Below, piece by piece: positions 17,809-27,543 of a stretch of DNA of 64,000 bases; position 1 is the stretch's first letter; every line of letters starts with the position of its first letter. Origin of the DNA: an uncultured bacterium (lineage in GTDB: Bacteria; Chlamydiota; Chlamydiia; Chlamydiales; FEN-1388); the NCBI GenBank assembly GCA_964577935.1, contig CAZOAJ010000004.1:34572-98571 (forward strand), in the 5' to 3' direction. The notes below the pieces were generated by a model. It was not told the origin of the DNA. It saw only the letters and a program-made list of their open reading frames with translations, and searched no databases. Both the position numbers and the translations under genes were made by a program.

Positions 17809-18683
17809 TCACCGATCACCCGAATTTCACTTTCTAACTCAATACCCGCTAGATTTCGAATTTTTTCCTGAATCAGGTTCATCAGGGTCAAGACATCATG
17901 ACATGTAGCCCCATCTTTATTCACAATAAAATTACCGTGCATTTGAGAGACTTCCGCACCGCCAACTCTTAAACCCTTAAGTCCAAATCGATCAATCAAT
18001 GCACCAGCAGATCCTTCAAGCGGGTTTCTAAAAACACATCCACAAGATTTATCTTTGTATGGCTGAGACTTAAGCCGGTAGTCAACCATCTCTCTTTGCC
18101 TCTCAAACGAATACTGGTCCTTAGAAGTTTGAAACCCGGCTAAAACAATAACACCCTTCATCTCCTGAAAAGATGACTTCCGGTATCCAAATGAGATATC
18201 ATCCCGCTTAAGCCTTTTTACATGACCATTAAGGTCCATATAATCAACCCAAACAAGACAATCCTTTGTCTCTTGATTCTGTGCTCCTGCATTCATAAAG
18301 ATAGCGCCACCAACAGCTGCAGGTATCCCTAAAGCAAATTCAAGCCCTGAAAAACCATCTCGAGCGCTTTTTTGTCCAAGTAATGCAAAGCTATAACCTG
18401 CTCCAACCGTATATAAACCGTTGCCGTCGGTATCAAAAAAATCAATCTTGTTCAGAATTGCAAGCCCAGAGAATCCCCTGTCTGAGAAAAGGCTATTCGA
18501 TCCCTTTCCAATGACATGAACCTTGACACCCTTTTCAGTCGAAAAATGCAGAGCCTCTTGGAGCTCTTCTAGCGTATGTACAGCTATAAAGTAACGAGCA
18601 GGGCCACCAATACCAAATGTTGAGAACTGGGAAAGTGTTTTATTCTCTTCGATCCGACTCTCAATTCCCACGAATTTATTCAA
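17805..18683 (-). CDS. murB: UDP-N-acetylenolpyruvoylglucosamine reductase
   Basis: FAD-binding N-terminus (FGIGGPARYF, HVIGKGSNSLF) and GSAGALID/GGAEVSQMHGNFIVN motifs. Confidence 0.9.
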   Translation of the reverse strand: MNKFVGIESRIEENKTLSQFSTFGIGGPARYFIAVHTLEELQEALHFSTEKGVKVHVIGKGSNSLFSDRGFSGLAILNKIDFFDTDGNGLYTVGAGYSFALLGQKSARDGFSGLEFALGIPAAVGGAIFMNAGAQNQETKDCLVWVDYMDLNGHVKRLKRDDISFGYRKSSFQEMKGVIVLAGFQTSKDQYSFERQREMVDYRLKSQPYKDKSCGCVFRNPLEGSAGALIDRFGLKGLRVGGAEVSQMHGNFIVNKDGATCHDVLTLMNLIQEKIRNLAGIELESEIRVIGE

Positions 18684-19344
18684 CCTCAGATTCTTTCTGA
18701 GAGTTAAAACATACTTTCTCTTTTTCGTGGAATTCTTTTTCTATTTTCTCTTCTTGATCACGCTCTGTCTGAACAACCTTGAGATCCATTTCATCATCAA
18801 TCTGCTCTAAAAGGGAGAATTTACGCCCAATCTTGGCAATAATCGCATGGACAAATTGCGCAGCCTTTGGAACGCTGAACTTTTTTGCAAGTCTCTTAGC
18901 TTCTGAGATAATTATCTTTGGAGAATGTTTTTTTTCATCAATCAATTCGTAAAGAGCAATCCATAGAATCACTCTTTCGGTCGCATGAATACGATCGAGA
19001 TCCCAGTCAATTAAAGCATCTTTAATCAGAGTGTCATACGAACCGACCCGGCCTTTGATGTGAACAGCTTGGTCCACGGCCTTTCGGACCTGGCTTTTTG
19101 CTACTTTAAGTTCCGTGCTCAGCAACTGGACAACATCATCGGGATAAAGCTTTATCGACTCCTGAGAAAAGAGAGCCAAAAAAAGCAGCTCTCTAAATTT
19201 TTGAGGAGGGAGAGTTATGCTTTTTGGCGATTGCATATTAGATTGATTCGTGGATTGATTATGGAATGTACTAGTGGACATGAATACCTTGATAAAACTG
19301 AAAAGTTTTTTAGCGACTCTTTTACCTAGAGACTTTCCCCGCAC
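18676..19344 (-). CDS. nusB: NusB-like transcription antitermination factor with extended acidic C-terminus
   Basis: LPPQKFRELLFLALFSQE...ERVILWIALYEL...EAKRLAKKF fits NusB helices. The true start may be internal (MSTST or MQSPK). Confidence 0.6.
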   Translation of the reverse strand: MRGKSLGKRVAKKLFSFIKVFMSTSTFHNQSTNQSNMQSPKSITLPPQKFRELLFLALFSQESIKLYPDDVVQLLSTELKVAKSQVRKAVDQAVHIKGRVGSYDTLIKDALIDWDLDRIHATERVILWIALYELIDEKKHSPKIIISEAKRLAKKFSVPKAAQFVHAIIAKIGRKFSLLEQIDDEMDLKVVQTERDQEEKIEKEFHEKEKVCFNSQKESEVE

Positions 19345-19485
19345 CGTCCTTCACTAGAAACCGTAAAGACCTCATAAGCAAACACCTTATGAAAAGATCT
19401 TTATCGAACTCCCTAGTAATAGATGTTTGGTTAAAATATCGACAATGCAGAAACCAGAATGCCAGTTTCAACTAGAAGCATACAT

Positions 19486-20787
19486 TTAGTCTAGTCGTTG
19501 CTTTGTTTGATAAAGAAGATCTATAATTTCATTTATCGAATTCGTAAGCTTAGGACCCGGCTGAAACCCTTCCCAACTATATTTAAAACGATTCTGCTGG
19601 ATAGCCTGTATTGCAGAAATTAAGATGCGTTTAAACCGCTCCATATATCTGCAAAGAAAAGGTAACTTCTCATCATTATACGAAAGACGACGTACTTCAT
19701 TCATTTCAGCAACTTTTTCTTCAACAAATCGAATAAAAGTTTCTATTTCTTGCCTTTTAAAAGATGAAATCTTCAGCAAGCTTTTAAAGAGATCTATACC
19801 TCTATCGCTTTTCTTCAAAATGTAATCAAATGCATCAAAGGCAACCGTTAATAGCTCCCCAGGAGATGTGCGGCATTGAATATAAATAGATTTTCTTGAA
19901 AAACAGACAAATATTTCTCGAAGCGATCCTTCTAGAACATCGCTCGAAAGAAACTCACTTTGAAGAATGAAAGCATCTACAAGTTTGTGAATATATGAAT
20001 CTCTCTCAGGCCCTTGAACTTCATTCAATTCTTTCCAGCACAGGCTGATTGCCTTAGAAAAATCCCCTTCACGACATGCCATTTCAATCAACAAAAGCTT
20101 TCCTTCTCTCTTATTCAAAAACTCTTCATGGCTGTATAGGAGATCATGAGCATCATCAAGCCTTTTTAGCCCAATGAGCGAGCGTGCATATAAAATAAGG
20201 CTCTTGGCAGTTTTTTTCTTTTCAAAGGCTAGCTTATATATATCGTGAGCCTTCTCTTCGTGATGATTTTTTTGATACCACGAGCCGATAACACAATAAA
20301 GCGAGCTTGATGGGGATATGCTAACAAGGTCTTCCAAAAACGACTTTGTAGTAGGCAAAAGTATGTTATTCGAAATTTCTTCTCTTGCCTTCTTCTTGAG
20401 TGCTTGTTTAATCGATTTTCCTATCGAGGAAACTTGCGCTTGCAATTCATCTTTTTTCTTAAGCAAAAGATTACTTTGGGTATTAGGTATCCATCGAGAA
20501 ATTGAACTCCAGAATTTCCATATAGGAGGAAGCGTTTCCTCTACCTTTTTCTCAACAATTTTTGAGACATTATCAAGCTCGGATAAGGCAGGGATCCAAT
20601 GCGCAGAGAAGGAATGAGGGAAAGTCGTCGACTGATTGTTAAGAAAAAAATGGAACGTAGAAGAAACTCGTGCATTCAGATCGTCGAGAACATAAATCAA
20701 CTCTTGCCAATCGTTACTACAATCTACCTTTGGAAAGGTATACTGAAATTGAAATGGAGTCTGAATAACAGAAGGAATAATTGTCAT
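19486..20787 (-). CDS. Hypothetical protein with TPR-like helical repeats
   Basis: 433-aa ORF with no recognisable catalytic motif. The central region is helical-repeat-like (YQKNHHEEKAHDIYKLAFEKK..., LIEMACREGDFSKAISLCWKEL). Confidence 0.55.
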   Translation of the reverse strand: MTIIPSVIQTPFQFQYTFPKVDCSNDWQELIYVLDDLNARVSSTFHFFLNNQSTTFPHSFSAHWIPALSELDNVSKIVEKKVEETLPPIWKFWSSISRWIPNTQSNLLLKKKDELQAQVSSIGKSIKQALKKKAREEISNNILLPTTKSFLEDLVSISPSSSLYCVIGSWYQKNHHEEKAHDIYKLAFEKKKTAKSLILYARSLIGLKRLDDAHDLLYSHEEFLNKREGKLLLIEMACREGDFSKAISLCWKELNEVQGPERDSYIHKLVDAFILQSEFLSSDVLEGSLREIFVCFSRKSIYIQCRTSPGELLTVAFDAFDYILKKSDRGIDLFKSLLKISSFKRQEIETFIRFVEEKVAEMNEVRRLSYNDEKLPFLCRYMERFKRILISAIQAIQQNRFKYSWEGFQPGPKLTNSINEIIDLLYQTKQRLD

Positions 20788-21085
20788 GATACTATCATTA
20801 ATTATCTGGATTCTAACATAAATAATATAAAATTATGGAAGAAAATCTCAAAGATAAACAATGAAGATTTTCACAGTACACGGCTCAATACCACCGAAGC
20901 ATCTGCAAGAGTTCTGAGGTTTAAAAAAAGCTCATGACTATATGCTAAGCCTCCCATGTCGAATATATTCATGTAACCCATGTTCAAAATAGATCCGAGA
21001 TTTTCTGCATAACATAAGTTTTTTATTTGAGTAGAAATTATTGTTCACCTTTTGTTAGGAAGAATATCAAGAAAATTTACATAGC

Positions 21086-22849
21086 ATGAAGACCAGAACT
21101 AAAATTATTTGCACAATGGGCCCATCCGTTAATTCATTGGAAAAGGCTATCCACCTCATCCAATCAGGCATGGACGTAGCTCGATTAAACTTTAGTCATG
21201 GCAGCCATGATGAACATGGCAATATTATCAGCATTTTGAAGGAGGCTCGAGAAAAGACACAGAGGCCTTTAGCAATAATGCTTGATACAAAGGGACCTGA
21301 AATACGACTTGGCAAAGTTCCTAAAGGGGGCATCCCAGTAAACCCTGGAAGTAGGATCACCCTTATAAAAGAGCAAATGGAAGGAACTTCTGAAAAAATA
21401 TCTATCAGACCAGATTTTGTTCTTGATCACTTAAAAGTTGGAACCATTGTTCTCATAGATAATGGGTATATCCTCAGCAAAGTAGTTGAAGTTGGACCTG
21501 AAGGCATTGTTCTCGAAATCGAAAATACGGGAGTGATCTATTCCTCAAAAGGAGTCAATATCCCAAACTGTGATATCCCACTACCAATGCTTACAGAAAA
21601 GGATGTCAGCGACATTGAATTTGGGGCAGGACTTGATATTGATTTAATTGCCGCATCCTTTGTTCGATGCCCGGATCACATCCTAGAAATCAAAAAAATT
21701 CTTGCCAAATGCGGAAAGCCAAATATTCAGGTTATTGCAAAGATTGAAAATAATGAAGGCGTACATAATTTTGACAGCATCCTTCAGGTTGCAGATGGAA
21801 TTATGGTGGCTCGTGGAGATTTAGGCGTTGAGGTTCCACTCAGCCAAGTCCCTCGCCTACAAAAAATGATGATTCGAAAGTCAAACCTCATCGGCAAGCC
21901 TGTAGTTACGGCTACTCAAATGCTCGAATCTATGATGAATAATCCAAGGCCTACTCGTGCTGAAGCTTCAGATGTAGCCAATGCCATTTACGACGGAACT
22001 TCAGCAGTCATGCTCTCCGGAGAAACAGCTATTGGAAAATATCCAATCGAGACTGTGCAGACCATGAAAAGTATTACATGGGAATCTGAACATGATTTCG
22101 ACTATCGATCTTTTATCGATGGCCATTCGAAAATGACCTACAATGACGTGCCATCTGCGTTAACTCTAGCAACTGTCAAAACAGCATACAGCCTTGGAGC
22201 TAAGGCAATCTTTGTTTTCACACATAGTGGCAGCACAGCACGATTACTCGCACGCCTTAAGCCGCAAATGCCAGTAATTGCATTAACACCGAGCGAAGAG
22301 ACTTATCATCAACTTGCTCTTGTTTGGGGGATAACCCCTGTATTATGTACTTCAACGTGCACTCTTGAAGAGGCTTTTTCAACAGCAAGCAAGTTTGCTC
22401 TCCACTATCACCTTGTCTCTTATGGAGACCTCGTCATAGTGACAGCAGGCTCGCCTCTTTGGGTTCCCGGAACAACAAATATGATTTTGATCGAAAGCAT
22501 TGGGGATGTGCTCGTTCGCGGCCATATGGGATATGGACAAAGAACCCATGGAAATGTACTTTTGATCGCGTCCTCAGAACAAGTAAAGCCATATCACGTT
22601 CGTGGTCAAATTATCGTTCTTACCAAGTACGATCAAAGCTATGAACCTCTTGTTAATGAAGCTCTTGCTGTTATACTCCAAAATCCTCCAGAAGATAAGA
22701 AATCTGAAAAAGATTTAGTCGAACATTGTTTGGGTCTTGGCAAAACAGTTATAACAAAGGTCGACGGAGCCTTCAGAATACTTCGAGAAGGACAGCTAAT
22801 TACAGTAGACCCAGAAAAGGCACTAGTTTATAAGGGCGTAATTCGCTAG
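21086..22849 (+). CDS. pyk: Pyruvate kinase with extra C-terminal PEP-utilizer-like domain
   Basis: MKTRTKIICTMGP, NFSHG, MVARGDLGVE and the MLSGETA core. The roughly 100-aa C-terminal extension aligns to the Geobacillus-type PK swivel domain (IIVLT...ITVDPEKALVYKG). Confidence 0.95.
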   Translation: MKTRTKIICTMGPSVNSLEKAIHLIQSGMDVARLNFSHGSHDEHGNIISILKEAREKTQRPLAIMLDTKGPEIRLGKVPKGGIPVNPGSRITLIKEQMEGTSEKISIRPDFVLDHLKVGTIVLIDNGYILSKVVEVGPEGIVLEIENTGVIYSSKGVNIPNCDIPLPMLTEKDVSDIEFGAGLDIDLIAASFVRCPDHILEIKKILAKCGKPNIQVIAKIENNEGVHNFDSILQVADGIMVARGDLGVEVPLSQVPRLQKMMIRKSNLIGKPVVTATQMLESMMNNPRPTRAEASDVANAIYDGTSAVMLSGETAIGKYPIETVQTMKSITWESEHDFDYRSFIDGHSKMTYNDVPSALTLATVKTAYSLGAKAIFVFTHSGSTARLLARLKPQMPVIALTPSEETYHQLALVWGITPVLCTSTCTLEEAFSTASKFALHYHLVSYGDLVIVTAGSPLWVPGTTNMILIESIGDVLVRGHMGYGQRTHGNVLLIASSEQVKPYHVRGQIIVLTKYDQSYEPLVNEALAVILQNPPEDKKSEKDLVEHCLGLGKTVITKVDGAFRILREGQLITVDPEKALVYKGVIR

Positions 22850-22898
22850 TATCGTGGCAAGTTATCACAAAAGTTATTGTTGGATTCCCGGTTTACAT

Positions 22899-23654
22899 AT
22901 GCCTGCACACCGATTTTTTTCAAACACACCCCTCTCTATTGAACATCCAGACCAGGACCCAACATCTCCTGAAAATCAAGCCTCAAGAAATCTTAGACTA
23001 GATGGAGATGAAGCGCACCACCTTATTACCGTTATGCGTGCCAGGATAGGAGATGAAGTCGAAATTATCGATGGAAAGGGCAGACTCGCAATAGCTCAGA
23101 TTGTTGAAAAAGATAAAAAACACGTTATTCTCAAGATAGAAAATATTATAACCGAGGAGCCTTCCCAATATTCACGAACCTTAATACTTGCTCTTCTTCG
23201 CCATGGTCATATCGAATATGCTCTTGAAAAATGCACCGAAGTTGGAATTACAGATTTTATACTATTTCCTGGAGCACGCTCAGATCGAGACGACATATCT
23301 CAAACGCAGTTTAAGCGATATCAAACCATTTTAGAGTCATCAATTAAGCAGTGTGGAAGATTATTCATTCCAACGCTGCACTTTGTATCATCTCTAAAAA
23401 AGGCTGTAGAAGGACAGTCGTTTATCACATTTGGCGATCTATCCTCGTCATCTCTTCCCATTCACAATATTACAATCCCCCAAAAAGCTTCTATCGTCAT
23501 CGGGCCTGAAGCAGGTTTTTCAGAAGAAGAATATGCATATCTGAGAAGCATTCAAGCCACTGGGATCCGTTTCCATAAAAACATTCTTCGAGCAGAAACG
23601 GCAGCTGTTGTCGCTTCGACAATTGTTGGCCTTTATCAAGATACGAGTTCTTAA
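22899..23654 (+). CDS. rsmE: 16S rRNA (uracil1498-N3)-methyltransferase
   Basis: The MPAHRFF start is typical of RsmE, as are HHLITVMRARIGD and the C-terminal IVIGPEAGFSEEE...LRAETAA. The tracked GTG at 22854 is probably too far upstream. Confidence 0.85.
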   Translation: MPAHRFFSNTPLSIEHPDQDPTSPENQASRNLRLDGDEAHHLITVMRARIGDEVEIIDGKGRLAIAQIVEKDKKHVILKIENIITEEPSQYSRTLILALLRHGHIEYALEKCTEVGITDFILFPGARSDRDDISQTQFKRYQTILESSIKQCGRLFIPTLHFVSSLKKAVEGQSFITFGDLSSSSLPIHNITIPQKASIVIGPEAGFSEEEYAYLRSIQATGIRFHKNILRAETAAVVASTIVGLYQDTSS

Positions 23655-23720
23655 GAGGCTTCAAAAGAACCTTCTCAAAATTGTCGACCCTCGACGTACT
23701 TTCATACTTCGTCGTGTAAA

Positions 23721-24941
23721 ATGCATGCCAACAACCAAATTGTTATGCTATACTCTTCTCTCTCAATTGCTTGGATTATGTTAGATACTCTTTTAAGAAA
23801 AACTCAGTTAAACCTTCCCGCATCATCTGGCGGAACACGAATAGTTGTCGGGATGTCTGGAGGAGTGGACTCCGCAGTCACGGCCTTTCTGTTGAAAGAG
23901 CTTGGATTTGACGTCGTTGGCCTTTTCATGAAAAACTGGGATGAAGATGAAGCAGAGTGTCCTGCAGAACAAGATTGGAATGATGTCCTTCACACCTCTA
24001 CTCTTTTAAAAATTCCTTGCTTTAGCGTCTCATTTGCAAAGGAATATCGCGATATTGTGTTTGAAGAATTTTTAGATGAACTCAAGAAAGGACACACTCC
24101 AAATCCAGATATTCTTTGTAATCGAGAGATTAAATTCAAACATCTACTTGATAAAGCCACTGAACTTAAGGGAGAATATCTTGCAACAGGCCACTACGCT
24201 CGGCATGCATTCCCAAAAGACTCAACTCAGGAATCAGATTTTCTCCTTCGCGGTATTGATCCAAATAAAGATCAAACCTATTTTCTATCTGCAGTAAGCT
24301 ACTCTGCCTTGAAAAAAAGTATCTTTCCTGTAGGTAATTTTTTGAAAAGCGAAATTCGAACTATTGCCGAAAAAGCAAATATCCCAGTCGCAAAAAAACG
24401 CGATTCAACCGGGATATGCTTCATAGGTAAACGAGATTTTCGCCCGTTCATTGGCAAATTTCTCGGGTTTCAACCCGGCAGAATGGTAACTCCTGAAGGC
24501 AAATTCGTCGGCCTCCATCAAGGAGTTGCTCTCTACACTTTAGGGCAACGAAAAGGTTTAGGGATAGGAGGACCAGGAGATGCTTGGTTCGTCGTCGGAA
24601 AGATACCTGAAGAAAACCTACTCCTTGTAACACAAGGAGATGATCATCCGTATCTTTATTCCGATACCCTTGTCGCCGAAGAGCCCTCATGGCTATTACC
24701 CACCCCACCACAATTCCCTCTTTCGTGCACGGCTAAAATACGATACAGACAACAAGATACGCCATGTACAGTTACGCTAGATTCAAATGGATTGCTTTAT
24801 GTCGAATTCCGGTCACCACAACGAGCAATCACACCTCGACAACAAGTGGTCTTCTATCAACAAGATATTTGTTTGGGAGGAGCGTTCATTAAGCAATCTG
24901 GGCCAACCTATTTCCACCAAAAAAAGACTCTTGTCCTTTAA
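23721..24941 (+). CDS. mnmA: tRNA-specific 2-thiouridylase
   Basis: PP-loop VVGMSGGVDSAV, plus NPDILCNREIKF, ATGHYAR and DQTYFL. Confidence 0.9.
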   Translation: MHANNQIVMLYSSLSIAWIMLDTLLRKTQLNLPASSGGTRIVVGMSGGVDSAVTAFLLKELGFDVVGLFMKNWDEDEAECPAEQDWNDVLHTSTLLKIPCFSVSFAKEYRDIVFEEFLDELKKGHTPNPDILCNREIKFKHLLDKATELKGEYLATGHYARHAFPKDSTQESDFLLRGIDPNKDQTYFLSAVSYSALKKSIFPVGNFLKSEIRTIAEKANIPVAKKRDSTGICFIGKRDFRPFIGKFLGFQPGRMVTPEGKFVGLHQGVALYTLGQRKGLGIGGPGDAWFVVGKIPEENLLLVTQGDDHPYLYSDTLVAEEPSWLLPTPPQFPLSCTAKIRYRQQDTPCTVTLDSNGLLYVEFRSPQRAITPRQQVVFYQQDICLGGAFIKQSGPTYFHQKKTLVL

Positions 24942-24992
24942 AACATGATTTAAGTAAAAACAGTAGTCACAGAGCCGAGCACGAAACACATC

Positions 24993-26354
24993 ATGGATGT
25001 TGAAATTCTTCATAGAATCCAATTTGGATTTACAATTACCTTTCACTACATTTATCCCCCATTGAGTATTGGGCTATCATTATTACTCATAATTTTTGAA
25101 GGCCTCTATCTCAAAACAAGAAGCCCTATCTGGGAATCAATCACCAAATTCTGGATTCGTGTATTTGCCCTCACATTTGCTTTAGGAATTGCTACAGGGA
25201 TTCCAATGATATTCTCATTTGGAACCAACTGGTGCCGCTATTCTAGATTCATTGGTGATGTTCTAGGTAGTGCGCTAGCAGCAGAAGGGCTATTTGCCTT
25301 TGGCGTAGAAGCAGGGGCTCTCGGGATCGTATTATTTGGATGGGATCGTGTTTCACGAAAGATACACTATATAGCCACTATTTTAGTTGCATTTGGAGCG
25401 CATTTTAGCGGTGTGTGGATCACTACAGTGAACTCTTGGATGCAAACACCTGCAGGCTACGCAATTATTAAAGATTCGCAAGGTGTAGATCATGCTGTCG
25501 TTACCGATTGGTTCCAAATGATCTTCAATCCATCAAACGTATCCCATCTTGTCCATGTAATGCTTTCGGCATGGATGACAGGAGCATTTCTTGTTATCAG
25601 CGTTTCAGCCTACTACCTTTTGAAAAATAGGCACCATGCATTTGCTCGTTCATCAATGAAAGTTGCTCTTATCGTAGCTTCTGCATCGACTCTTTTACAG
25701 TTGTTCTCGGCTGACCATCTCAGCAAATTAATTGCAAAGTACCAGCCCGCCAAAATGGCAGCTTTCGAAGGAACTTTTAAAACAGAAGAATATACGCCTA
25801 TATATCTCTTTGGCTATGTAGACACTGAAAACCAAACGGTCTATGGACCTAAAATCCCTGGAGCTCTGAGTTTTCTTGTCCATAACGACTTCAAAACGCC
25901 CGTTACAGGCCTTGACCAATTCCCAAAAGATGAATGGCCAGTTGTTCAACTCGTTTTTCAAGTCTATCATATCATGGTAGCTTCGTGGGGCTTGATGTTT
26001 GCTGCATGCGTTGCCGGACTTCTGATCTGGAAAAAATATCACTGGAAGAAAAAATCATTTCTCTTGAAGCTCCTAATAGCCTCTGTGGTATTTCCTCAAA
26101 TTGGCAATATTACAGGCTGGTATTCGACTTGCCTTGGAAGACAACCTTGGATTGTCCACAAGCTCATGAAAACAAAAGACGCCTACTCACCTGGCGTCTC
26201 TTTTAATGAAGCTCTCTTTACTCTTACCATGTTTGTTGTGATCTATATACTTCTGTTTGGACTCTTTCTCTATCTACTCGACGACAAAATTAAACATGGA
26301 CCAACCGATCTCCCAGAAGAGTCTCCCTACAGAGACCCCTACAAACTTCATTGA
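24993..26354 (+). CDS. cydA: Cytochrome bd ubiquinol oxidase subunit I
   Basis: LHRIQFGFTITFHYIYPPLSIG N-terminus, GWYSTCLGRQPW, multi-TM. Confidence 0.9.
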   Translation: MDVEILHRIQFGFTITFHYIYPPLSIGLSLLLIIFEGLYLKTRSPIWESITKFWIRVFALTFALGIATGIPMIFSFGTNWCRYSRFIGDVLGSALAAEGLFAFGVEAGALGIVLFGWDRVSRKIHYIATILVAFGAHFSGVWITTVNSWMQTPAGYAIIKDSQGVDHAVVTDWFQMIFNPSNVSHLVHVMLSAWMTGAFLVISVSAYYLLKNRHHAFARSSMKVALIVASASTLLQLFSADHLSKLIAKYQPAKMAAFEGTFKTEEYTPIYLFGYVDTENQTVYGPKIPGALSFLVHNDFKTPVTGLDQFPKDEWPVVQLVFQVYHIMVASWGLMFAACVAGLLIWKKYHWKKKSFLLKLLIASVVFPQIGNITGWYSTCLGRQPWIVHKLMKTKDAYSPGVSFNEALFTLTMFVVIYILLFGLFLYLLDDKIKHGPTDLPEESPYRDPYKLH

Positions 26355-27400
26355 AGAGGAATATAATGGATCTTTTAGACTTAACCACTCTTCAAATAAT
26401 TTGGTATTCGATTTTTCTCGCCTCAATGTTCGCCTATGCCGCTTTGGATGGATTTGATATAGGCGTCGGCTGTCTTCAACTATTTGCAAAAGGCGATAGA
26501 GATCGAAGAATTTTTCTCAATGCCATAGGACCTGTTTGGGATGGAAATGCCCTATGGATCATCATCACTGGCGGGGTCTTATTTTCTGGATTCCCAAAGG
26601 CTTTTGCCATTATATTTTCAGCGCTTTATATACCTATGACGCTCCTCGTATTTGGATATATTCTTCGAGCAGCAGCCATAGAGTTTAGAAGCCGGGTTGA
26701 AAGCCTGCGTTGGAGATTTTTTTGGGATTATGTTTTTGCGGGAGCAAGTCTTGTTTTAGCCCTCGGATTTGGAACAGCCCTTGCAAACCTTATTCAAGGT
26801 CTCCCTATAAACCAAGAGGGAATTAATGAGGGACAACTCTCAAACTTTGTTTCTCCATATTCACTTTCAGTTGGCATTTACACGACGCTTCTCTTGATGG
26901 TTCATGGAGCCTTATATCTCAATATGAAAACCGAAGGCGATCTCCAGAGACGTGTGCAAAAAATTCTATACCCACTTCTGACCTTATTCATCGCTCTCTG
27001 GGCCGTGGTTACACATGTTACTCTCGTATTTGAACCGAGTGTTGCCAATGTTATTCGTCATGCGCCGCTTTTCTTTATAAATGAACTTGTTGCAATTGCA
27101 GGACTCATCGGGATTGTTACAGCATTAAGAAACCAGCATGAAGGACGTGCTTTTTTAAGCTCGTTTCTCTTTATTGGATCGCAAATTGCGAACTTTGCCT
27201 TCGGAACATATCCTTATTTAATTAAATCAACGATCTCTGACGCCTTTTCACAGACCCTATACAACTCATCGTCCTCAAGCTACACGATGCATATTCTCAT
27301 AGGAATGGCTATTGCCGGAGTCCCACTGTTTCTGTTCTATTGCATCTATACATATCGTGTATTTAGAGGAAAAGTTGAACTTGACACAATGAGTTATTAA
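26351..27400 (+). CDS. cydB: Cytochrome bd ubiquinol oxidase subunit II
   Basis: ALDGFDIGVG...IGPVWDGNALW motif. Overlaps the cydA stop. The ATG at 26366 (MDLLDL) is an alternative start. Confidence 0.9.
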   Translation: MKRNIMDLLDLTTLQIIWYSIFLASMFAYAALDGFDIGVGCLQLFAKGDRDRRIFLNAIGPVWDGNALWIIITGGVLFSGFPKAFAIIFSALYIPMTLLVFGYILRAAAIEFRSRVESLRWRFFWDYVFAGASLVLALGFGTALANLIQGLPINQEGINEGQLSNFVSPYSLSVGIYTTLLLMVHGALYLNMKTEGDLQRRVQKILYPLLTLFIALWAVVTHVTLVFEPSVANVIRHAPLFFINELVAIAGLIGIVTALRNQHEGRAFLSSFLFIGSQIANFAFGTYPYLIKSTISDAFSQTLYNSSSSSYTMHILIGMAIAGVPLFLFYCIYTYRVFRGKVELDTMSY

Positions 27401-27543
27401 TCCTTCGATTTTGCACCTCATATTATGGCAGATGATCATAAGTCTTCTGCGTAATATGAGTTGTGTTATTCAAAAGATTTCAAGACACTCGCTAGAGAAC
27501 CTCTACCTTAATAGAATTTACTCCAGGATGCTGAATAGAATGC

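Noticed and set aside
27417-27460. 9-bp inverted repeat (CTCATATTA...TAATATGAG) after cydB, considered as a terminator
   Set aside because: The loop is 26 nt and the downstream T-tract is weak. This is not convincing as an intrinsic terminator without transcript-end data.
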